64,000 nt of DNA, from positions 124,001 to 188,000 of the IMG/VR virus record IMGVR_UViG_3300028592_000004. One strand, given 5' to 3'. The notes beneath the pieces are model-generated. The model saw only the letters and a list, made by a program, of their open reading frames with translations, was not told the origin of the DNA and ran no database searches. The translations under genes were made by a program, and so were the position numbers. Below, piece by piece: positions 57,158-64,000 of this stretch (its first letter is position 1; every line of letters starts with the position of its first letter).

Positions 57158-59512
57158 TCAGTCGAAGGCGGCGCTGATGGCACCGGTCAACAACCCGCCC
57201 CAGAGGCCCGCTTGCTGCAGGCCCACCTGGGCCTCGGGATTGAGGCCCGCTAGGGCTCCCATTGTTTTACCCAGAAGCAACCCACCGAGAAATCCCCCAG
57301 CCCCGCTGAAGGCAACGGTCTTGGCGATGTCGAAAGGCGAAACGGAGGGCTTTCCACCGCTCCCCAGCGAGGCGGCGACGAGCGTACCGCTCGCGGCTGC
57401 AGCGACTTGCGCTGGCGTGCCACCGAAGTTCGAGCCGGGCCGTGCGGCGTCATTCCAGATCACACTCCCGAAGGCGTCGACGGGGATATTCGACAGGAAC
57501 ATTGTCCCCGTCATGTCCTCCGCGGCGTTGGTTTTCGTCCGACCGGACCAGCCGAAGTCGTCGGCCGGCATCTCGGAACCCATCCCAGACAGGTTCGAGT
57601 TCCACCCGTGCGGCGTCTTGAGACCCCAGTACAAACCCGGAGCAGCGCCCAGGCCGGCGCCCAGGAGCCCCAGCGTGCGTCGCATCCGCTTGCCGGAGAA
57701 GTACTGCTCCGGAAGCATGTTGTCCATCAGATAGCCGGCACCGTAGCCCAGGCCGGCTCCCAGAGCTCCACCAACCAGCGTGCTGGAGAGCGGGCTCGGC
57801 CCACCGAGCGGCTTGTTGACCTTCGACCACATGTCCGAAATCCCCTCGAACATCGCGCCCTGCTTGAACATCGTCCAGCCCGGCTCGTCGGCCGGGATCG
57901 TACTGACCAGGCCCTTCTCCGGATGGACGAACCAGCAGCCCTCTGCCTCCGCATACTTCACGACCAGCGGCGCCGCCTGCTCGTACAGAGCTCGCACCCG
58001 GGCGGGGACTTCCCGCCAACTGAGGTGTTCCAGCTCGTCGATCGCGCTCGCTTCCTTCTGGTTGCGCTGTCCGATCTCCTTCAACAGATCCCGGAACTTC
58101 ATGTTGATCTCTTCCTTCTGCTCGGCCAGACGCCGCAGGTGATAGTCCGCTCCAGACCGATCATCGGTCAGGCCGAGGAACCGTTCCAGAGAGGATGGCT
58201 CCCGAGGGCGGGACAGGAAGTTCTGGATGAGGACGTTCCGCTGGTCTGTCGGAAGGTAGCCGTGACTATCGTGACGGATCCCGCGGCCTTTGACCTGAGT
58301 ATCGCGAGCCTCGTTCCAGTGCGGATCCAGGATCTGCATCAGCCGAGTGCCACGGAGCGAGATCCCTTCCGAGCCGGCGGGACCGGCGAGCAGCACCGGA
58401 GCCAACCCGTTGTTGTAGCTCTCAATAATCCGCTTCCGCTCCAGGTCGGCGATACCGCCGTGGAAGAGGCCGTAGGGGATCTTGTCTCGCTCCAGGGCCG
58501 CGGCGTAGGGACGGAGGCCGGCGTCAATGAAGTTCGAGTAGACGAGCGCTCGGCTCTTCGGGTTCTTCGCCATCTGCTCCTTGAGGAGCTTATAGGCCAG
58601 CTGCAGCTTGGGCGAGGAATCGAACGCGGCCAACGGGTCCGGGTTCGACATGAACGGGAACATCGACAGCCCGATCTGTCGCGGTCCGGTCAGGAAGGAC
58701 GTCATCCGCTTCCGTTCGAGGGCGGAGAGCGGGAAGTTGTTCTGCAGCTTGTAGCGCAGGACCCAGGGGATCGAGTTCCAGAACGACCGATACGCGGTCG
58801 TCTGCTCGTCCGACATGTCAACTTCGTGCATCTCGTCTGTGCGATCCACGAGCGGCTTATCGGGAGCGTGGTAGTCGACGTGGCCCGCCAGCAGATCTTC
58901 CAGCCGGCCGACGTTCTTCGGCTCCATCACCTGGCCGGGCGTGACACCGAACAACGAGGCGAAGAAACCCGGGCGAACCGTCTTCTGCTTGATGAACTGG
59001 TGTGTGAACGCGTCCGGCGTGATCCGCTCGCCGGTCAGGATCGACATCGGCGCCGCGAGATCGGACGGGTGATTGACGATCGGCGAGCCCGAGAGGAGGT
59101 AAACGTGCTTGGCCTTGTTCGCCAGGTCCGTCACTGCCTGCGTCCGCTGAGACTCAGGGTTCCGGATCCGGTGAGCCTCATCGACGATCAGAGTGTCCGC
59201 GGCCGGGGCCTTGCCCGCCGTCGCGCCCTCGTAGGACACAACGTTGCCCATCAGCGAGCCGTCAGTGAACTTGGCCTGCTCCTTCGCAAAGTTGGGACGC
59301 AGTGCCGCTGGCACGATAGCCGTGTACGGCTTGCCGGCGTTCTCTGCCGCAGCGATCGAGGCCAGAGTCTTCCCGCTCCCCACGTCGTGGAAGAGGAGCA
59401 TGCGGGACTCTTCGTCCTTCCCGGTCTGGGCGATCCGCTTCTGTTGAGGCTGCAGCTCGACGCCCGGCAGGAGGGCCGCGATCTTCAACTGGTCAACGAA
59501 GTCGGCGTCCAT
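57158..59512 (-). CDS. SF2 (SNF2-like) helicase/translocase fused to a C-terminal glycine-zipper region
   Basis: GSGKT, DEAH, SGSP, EGISL, Q..GRGIR; C-terminal GGALGAGLGYGAG and similar segments. Confidence 0.85.
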   Translation of the reverse strand: MDADFVDQLKIAALLPGVELQPQQKRIAQTGKDEESRMLLFHDVGSGKTLASIAAAENAGKPYTAIVPAALRPNFAKEQAKFTDGSLMGNVVSYEGATAGKAPAADTLIVDEAHRIRNPESQRTQAVTDLANKAKHVYLLSGSPIVNHPSDLAAPMSILTGERITPDAFTHQFIKQKTVRPGFFASLFGVTPGQVMEPKNVGRLEDLLAGHVDYHAPDKPLVDRTDEMHEVDMSDEQTTAYRSFWNSIPWVLRYKLQNNFPLSALERKRMTSFLTGPRQIGLSMFPFMSNPDPLAAFDSSPKLQLAYKLLKEQMAKNPKSRALVYSNFIDAGLRPYAAALERDKIPYGLFHGGIADLERKRIIESYNNGLAPVLLAGPAGSEGISLRGTRLMQILDPHWNEARDTQVKGRGIRHDSHGYLPTDQRNVLIQNFLSRPREPSSLERFLGLTDDRSGADYHLRRLAEQKEEINMKFRDLLKEIGQRNQKEASAIDELEHLSWREVPARVRALYEQAAPLVVKYAEAEGCWFVHPEKGLVSTIPADEPGWTMFKQGAMFEGISDMWSKVNKPLGGPSPLSSTLVGGALGAGLGYGAGYLMDNMLPEQYFSGKRMRRTLGLLGAGLGAAPGLYWGLKTPHGWNSNLSGMGSEMPADDFGWSGRTKTNAAEDMTGTMFLSNIPVDAFGSVIWNDAARPGSNFGGTPAQVAAAASGTLVAASLGSGGKPSVSPFDIAKTVAFSGAGGFLGGLLLGKTMGALAGLNPEAQVGLQQAGLWGGLLTGAISAAFD

Positions 59513-60189
59513 GCCAGCACCCTCTCCAGCTCCATCAGAGGCTTGGCCGAGGACGTTTTCTCCGCGGCCCAAATGCAACTCGGACAGTCGTGGTCGACGA
59601 CGTGCCGCTCATTGTGGGAGCAGCGACACCGGGTCTCGTGCCCGCACTTATGTTGAAAGATCCCGTGCGCTGACGCTGCCTTCGCGACGTCGCTGTTCTC
59701 CTGCAGGATCTTCTTCTTCCGGACCGCGCAGGTGATGTGGAAATCGTACTCGTTGTTCTTGGGGCGTGCTGACAGCCCGTATGACTTGCGAAGTTTCTCC
59801 AGATCCGGAGACTTCACTTTCAGGAACCAGACCCGCGACATTTCCTTCCAGCTCGTTGGCGCGACCTCTTGCAGCGCCCCAAGCTGGTAGTGGAACTCCC
59901 TTCCCCGCTCGACGATGACGTCGATGCCGCCAATCTGCTCGATCTCTTCCGGACGCATGACGCTGATATGCGCATTCAGCGGTTCATTGTTGTGTGGCCC
60001 GGGCAATTCTGCGCCAAGGACCCGCATCGCCGAGAAGACACCCCTGACTAGATCATTCGGGACTGTCAGCAACAGCCATCCACTCTGAGACGCAATCAGC
60101 CGGCCCGCCAAAACGGGGGCATCGACCGCGTCACCCGCGGACTTCAAGAGGTAGCCGGACGCTTCGCCTAGTTGAAAGTCTGACGTCAC
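59485..60189 (-). CDS. 2H phosphoesterase family protein with C-terminal Cys/His cluster
   Basis: Two HxS/T motifs (AHISV, FHITC) about 80 aa apart; GTG start after GAGGA. Confidence 0.75.
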   Translation of the reverse strand: MTSDFQLGEASGYLLKSAGDAVDAPVLAGRLIASQSGWLLLTVPNDLVRGVFSAMRVLGAELPGPHNNEPLNAHISVMRPEEIEQIGGIDVIVERGREFHYQLGALQEVAPTSWKEMSRVWFLKVKSPDLEKLRKSYGLSARPKNNEYDFHITCAVRKKKILQENSDVAKAASAHGIFQHKCGHETRCRCSHNERHVVDHDCPSCIWAAEKTSSAKPLMELERVLAWTPTSLTS

Positions 60190-60430
60190 GGACCTTTCCT
60201 CGTAGAAGTCCAGGTCACGTCTCCCCGGATCCCCTCCCGGGGTCCTGACGGAAAATGAATTTCCGCCTCGCAACGGCATCGCAGGCACATCCGTTGCTCC
60301 TCCATAGTCTCCGCAGTTTCCCATGAGACCGTTCCTGGGAGCCCTCGCAATCCTCGCGTGAAGCTCCCTCCTAACCGGGCAGTGCCATGCCCAGACGTGA
60401 CGCGTCTCACCTTAACCGAAATCCGTACTG
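60190..60430 (-). ncRNA. Candidate structured GGA-rich RNA (CsrB/RsmZ-like sponge or structured leader)
   Basis: Largest intergenic gap; eight consecutive hairpins; 17 GGA triplets by manual count. Confidence 0.55.
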
Positions 60431-60434
60431 GTCA

Positions 60435-60809
60435 CTACTCATCTTCATTGAGATTGGGGACTTCCAGGAAAACACGGCTGACGGATTCAAATGTGATCCG
60501 GATCCAGGTTGGGGTCAGATCTTCGAGGACTTGTGTTCGGTGTTCGACCAACCTGTACACGCAGCGCTCAACTGCGTTGTACAGGTTGTCCTCGGACCGA
60601 ATTGCCTGCAGTCGGTTGACAACTGGGCTCAAACGTCGCATCAATCCCAGAAAGATCTTCTGCAGACGCCTGCCTTCGAGGTCCGACTCGATGGCAAGGC
60701 GGGACAGAGGCTCTCCGCGCTCAACGCATTCCATCACCGCCGCGGTGATGGACATTGCCAACGTTTGCCAGATCAGCCATTCCTGGGTGATCGGCAGCTT
60801 CCTAGCCAT
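60435..60809 (-). CDS. Hypothetical protein
   Basis: Start MARKLP overlaps the caspase stop; 124 aa. Confidence 0.5.
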   Translation of the reverse strand: MARKLPITQEWLIWQTLAMSITAAVMECVERGEPLSRLAIESDLEGRRLQKIFLGLMRRLSPVVNRLQAIRSEDNLYNAVERCVYRLVEHRTQVLEDLTPTWIRITFESVSRVFLEVPNLNEDE

Positions 60810-61605
60810 TGGAGAAGACTTCCCACAGCTGTGCGTACTTCGGTCCCGAGAGGACCGGAGTCTGCGGGCACTCATCACTCGGCAGGTGATTTCGGACGAG
60901 ACGGAACAGATCCCGGTAGGTCGCCTGCGGAGGCAGCTTCGGGATCAGCTGCTGCAGGTAGTACGAGAAGGCACCCTTCGGGCGCCCGTCGAACTCCGTG
61001 TCGAAGGCGAACTCCTTGTCGCTGCAAGCGGACATGCAGACGACCCCCTGCGTCATCCACGCCAGGGGCATGTGCTCTTGCTTGAGGGCGGTATCGATCG
61101 ACTTCTGCAGCCCCTTGAACTGCGGCAGATCGTACGGAGGCAGGAAGCGTTTCTTCACCCGCTTGCCGGGCTTCTTCTTCGGAGCGGACCGCATGACCGT
61201 TCCGGAGTGGCAGCTGTCGGCGATCAGAGCTACCCGAGCTTCCGGCTTGCGGTTCTGGTCGAACAGGAGGTACAGCTCATCGTCCAGAATCAGCTCGTTG
61301 TCGAGGTCGTAGGGGCACCAGGCTTCGTCTCGACCGTCGATCTCATCGCCATCCAAGTCGGGCACCCAGGTCCCGTGGCCGGCGAAGGTGATGATGGCCA
61401 ACTCGTTCGGCCCGGTGGCCTGCAGGAGTTCCGTCAGACCCTTCAGGATGTTGGCGCGGGTGGCCTCCTTTTCGAGCAGAACGTTCTGAACCTGGACACC
61501 TCGCTCGACAAGCAGGGTGGCCCAGTCCTGAGCGTCGTTGACAGCCCCGTAGAGCTCCATCTCCGAGTTGGCGTAGTTGATGCCGATGCACAGTGCACGC
61601 TTCAT
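60802..61605 (-). CDS. Metacaspase / caspase-family (C14) peptidase
   Basis: KRALCIGINY, L.G.VND, FAGHG (His), DSCHSG (Cys), GAFS, QTP. Confidence 0.92.
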   Translation of the reverse strand: MKRALCIGINYANSEMELYGAVNDAQDWATLLVERGVQVQNVLLEKEATRANILKGLTELLQATGPNELAIITFAGHGTWVPDLDGDEIDGRDEAWCPYDLDNELILDDELYLLFDQNRKPEARVALIADSCHSGTVMRSAPKKKPGKRVKKRFLPPYDLPQFKGLQKSIDTALKQEHMPLAWMTQGVVCMSACSDKEFAFDTEFDGRPKGAFSYYLQQLIPKLPPQATYRDLFRLVRNHLPSDECPQTPVLSGPKYAQLWEVFSNG

Positions 61606-61606
61606 G

Positions 61607-61624
61607 ACGTTCCTCCTTGAACGT
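61607..61624 (-). promoter_or_regulatory. CsrA/RsmA-type hairpin at the caspase RBS
   Basis: ACGTTC-AAGGAG-GAACGT. Confidence 0.65.
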
Positions 61625-62487
61625 TAGCGGACGGCCGTCAGCTGATCCGGGCTGACATAGAACCGTCCAAGGCCCCGTCGTCGCTGATCTTCGTGAAACA
61701 GGGCGTGTTCGCAGTCACCGCCACGATAGGCCGAGACTGAGAACGCGTCCATCGTGTAGACGGCCATTCCTCCGAACGCCGACAACACCGGGATCAGCGG
61801 GGCGCCACGGTGGATCCGGTAGCCGCGGACAGCCGGGTCTCCCGGCTTGTGCGGTTCTGGATGCTTGAGGCTCCGCCAGGCCCACACGTCGAAGTTGGCG
61901 AATCCTGTCGGGCTCGTCCAGCTGGGTTCTGCCTGCAGTCCAAACGAGGCACAGGCATCCCAGTCCGACTCCGCGAAGGTCCGGCAAACCCCCGGCAGTG
62001 AAAAGGCCAGGGTGTCGAAGTCGAGCACGATGACGTAGTCGAACTCGGAGAAGTGGCTGAGCACGTATTCGCGGTAGACGTTCCGGCAGGAGGCCAGGCC
62101 GCAGGAACGGGCCACGCTTCGCTTCGACGGGAACCGATGCTGACCGAGCTTGTGACACATCGTGTGCCACCGGTCATCCTCAAAGGATTCGGCCTGCAGC
62201 AGGTCCACCGTGTTGTCGTGGGAGTCGTTCTCGTAGACAACGACCGTTCCTTCCCGGAAGCATTCCAGCAGGGCCGTCACCTGCGGGATCAGCGTCGGAA
62301 GAATGTGGCCCACGTCACGAGCCAGGCCGCAGATAGCGACCCGGCTACTCCGCATCTTGTGCAGTCCGATCTGGACCCGTTCCACCAGAGAGTGCTGAAC
62401 CGGGAAGTTTCGATCCAAGATCAGACCGAACCGTTCCGCCGTCAGCGGTGCCTGCTCTGCAGGCGCAGTCTCGCTGTCCATAGCCAC
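61624..62487 (-). CDS. GT-A fold glycosyltransferase (CAP59/GT69-like)
   Basis: ICGLARD, YENDS.DNT, LA.CRN, VLDFD (DxD), SAFGG..VY, CEH. Confidence 0.75.
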   Translation of the reverse strand: MAMDSETAPAEQAPLTAERFGLILDRNFPVQHSLVERVQIGLHKMRSSRVAICGLARDVGHILPTLIPQVTALLECFREGTVVVYENDSHDNTVDLLQAESFEDDRWHTMCHKLGQHRFPSKRSVARSCGLASCRNVYREYVLSHFSEFDYVIVLDFDTLAFSLPGVCRTFAESDWDACASFGLQAEPSWTSPTGFANFDVWAWRSLKHPEPHKPGDPAVRGYRIHRGAPLIPVLSAFGGMAVYTMDAFSVSAYRGGDCEHALFHEDQRRRGLGRFYVSPDQLTAVR

Positions 62488-62517
62488 CTCCGCAGCAGGT
62501 ATTCAATACCCGCGGAT

Positions 62518-63225
62518 TCAATTCCGCTCGCCGACCTTCTGGAAGACATACGTCTCGATGTCTTCGCGGCCGGCCGCAGCCTCCAGGCGATGATGCACGC
62601 GGCACACCAGATCGTACCGCCGGAGCCAGGACCGCAGGCCATCGTCGGTGAAGTAGTAGTAGTGCTCGTTCGGCCGGTAGTGCTTGGACTCGCGAATCCG
62701 ATCGAGGTTCTTGAAGATCGGGATCGAGGTGACGAGATAGTCCCCGGGGCGGATCCGATCGAAGAGGAGGTGCGGCTCGGGGATGTGCTCCAGAACGTCC
62801 CACAGAGTCCAGGCGACGACGCCCTTTGGCGGCAGATGGGTGTAGATGTCGAGCCACATCCGCCGCTCTTCAAGCCATGCCTTGGCCTTGGCGTTCACGT
62901 CGTAGCCATAGAGCACAAGACCGGGGACCTTCGTGGCCTCGAACTGAGCGTGGCGCCGCTGATCCAGCGCTTCGAGGAAGGCCCCGTCGCCAATGCCGAT
63001 GTCGATCACCGTGTAGGGATTGAGACGCTCGACGGTGTTGATCCGGGCTTCCTGCAGCTTGGTGAAGATCTCCAGGTCACGGTAGACGGTGTACTTGTCG
63101 AAGTAGGCGTCGTCGTAAGGGACGCTCTTCCGCATGTCCGTCTGGTAGGCAAGGCCCGGGTAATCGCAGATCGAGAGGTCTGCACCCGACAGCCGTGCCG
63201 GGTAGTGAGCAATCACGCGATCCAT
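62518..63225 (-). CDS. Class I SAM-dependent methyltransferase
   Basis: IDIGIGDG (motif I), GYDVN, WDVLEHI..P; start MDRVIA. Confidence 0.85.
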   Translation of the reverse strand: MDRVIAHYPARLSGADLSICDYPGLAYQTDMRKSVPYDDAYFDKYTVYRDLEIFTKLQEARINTVERLNPYTVIDIGIGDGAFLEALDQRRHAQFEATKVPGLVLYGYDVNAKAKAWLEERRMWLDIYTHLPPKGVVAWTLWDVLEHIPEPHLLFDRIRPGDYLVTSIPIFKNLDRIRESKHYRPNEHYYYFTDDGLRSWLRRYDLVCRVHHRLEAAAGREDIETYVFQKVGERN

Positions 63226-64000
63226 CACGTCATCCTGTTGAGAAGTCTGGCCAGGTGCTCTCCGACGAAGTCGAAGGATTGGTGAGGAGCGTAATACACG
63301 TCCTGCCACTTGTACAGATGCGTGTTCACGGATCGTATGGCCATCTGATCCGGTCGCAGGACTTTCGCCGCGGACACCGACAGCGAACTGTCGATGCCGA
63401 TGTAGTAGGAAGCCTTCCGCAAGAGCTTGATCCCCTGCAGCAAGGTTGTCTGACCGCTCAGGTCGACGAAGTTCGGATAGGGTGGGATCGCCTCGGACTT
63501 GTCATTCAGGACGTAGCCCGTGACCCCTTTGAAGTTGAGCCAGGAGGAAAGGCAGGCCCAGTCGTCCTTCGAAAAGTCACGACGACGATCGCGCTTATCT
63601 GAGGAGTAGGGGCAGATGATGGCATAGCGCTCGTGGTTGACCAGACCCTTCGTCTCAATCGAGCGGAGGCCGATCTGACTGCCAATGTACTGACGGAAGC
63701 CGCGACGAATCGCGTGAAACTGGACGAGGATGCTCCAGTCGTCTGCCGCCATGACCTCCTGCGGCACCTTGTGGCCTTGGAGACGCTGCTCAGCAACGAA
63801 GTCCGGGAGCGAGTGGTAGCACCAACGCTCGTCCCAGTTCTCCCACACGGAGCGGTGTTCGAGGACCCGCGGCAGTGCGAGCTTGAGGATCTCGCGGACT
63901 GGTTCTTCCTTGCGGGTGCAGTAGAAGACGCGACGGATTCGCTCGCGTTCGGGGTCCGTCATGAAGGCGTCGAGCGCCAGGACATCGCCGATTCCGCCGG
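63225..64000 (-). CDS. GT9 (heptosyltransferase-like, GT-B) glycosyltransferase, 5' end outside the window
   Basis: GGIGDVL at the window edge; VDLSGQTTL...ASYYIGIDS. Confidence 0.75.
   Translation of the reverse strand, partial: GGIGDVLALDAFMTDPERERIRRVFYCTRKEEPVREILKLALPRVLEHRSVWENWDERWCYHSLPDFVAEQRLQGHKVPQEVMAADDWSILVQFHAIRRGFRQYIGSQIGLRSIETKGLVNHERYAIICPYSSDKRDRRRDFSKDDWACLSSWLNFKGVTGYVLNDKSEAIPPYPNFVDLSGQTTLLQGIKLLRKASYYIGIDSSLSVSAAKVLRPDQMAIRSVNTHLYKWQDVYYAPHQSFDFVGEHLARLLNRMT

Larger units (their letters stand above)
1..64000 (-). mobile_element. Large myovirus-type bacteriophage genome segment (virion morphogenesis region plus phage RNAP)
   Basis: Co-oriented, tightly packed capsid, protease, neck, sheath, tube, tape measure, baseplate and fibre genes; no host housekeeping genes; no integrase or att site seen. 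Confidence 0.95.

Noticed and set aside
59485-59578. Frameshift fusing the 2H protein to the helicase
   Set aside because: The frames overlap but there is no canonical slippery heptamer, and the helicase has its own RBS and ATG
60186-60305. 39-aa ORF (MEEQRMCLRC...) and the longer 60324/60410 starts
   Set aside because: No recognisable features and coincident with dense hairpins; RNA structure explains the region better, though a peptide is not excluded
1-64000. CRISPR arrays, tRNA/rRNA genes, introns/inteins, reverse transcriptase, stop-codon reassignment
   Set aside because: No spaced direct repeats, cloverleafs, splicing or RT motifs seen by eye; genes tile cleanly with TAA, TAG and TGA all used as stops

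Overview
The window is a 64-kb slice of a large, GC-rich, contractile-tailed (myovirus-type) bacteriophage genome. All credible genes lie on the minus strand. In transcription order (right to left) it holds: a glycosyltransferase/methyltransferase/metacaspase block; a ~240-nt structured GGA-rich non-coding region; a 2H phosphoesterase and an SF2 helicase; a membrane/lipoprotein/protease cassette; a head module with a two-chain multisubunit RNA polymerase (beta+beta'N fusion and a separate beta'C), glycine-zipper internal proteins, prohead protease, scaffold, decoration protein and major capsid protein; then neck, sheath, tube, spike, tail chaperones with a predicted -1 frameshift, tape measure, baseplate (with a sigma factor embedded) and a collagen-like fibre. 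No portal, terminase, tRNA, rRNA or CRISPR array was recognised. Three patterns stand out. (1) About 20 translation-start regions carry covarying C-ANGGAN-G hairpins matching the CsrA/RsmA target structure, alongside a CsrB/RsmZ-like GGA-rich RNA; together these suggest a Csr-based translational switch for late genes. (2) Head proteins carry a dense K-x-A motif that looks like the prohead protease cleavage code. (3) The RNAP chains, sigma factor and helicase domain are cysteine-free, which suggests a virion-packaged transcription machine. Product calls come from motif recognition and gene order only; no database search was run.
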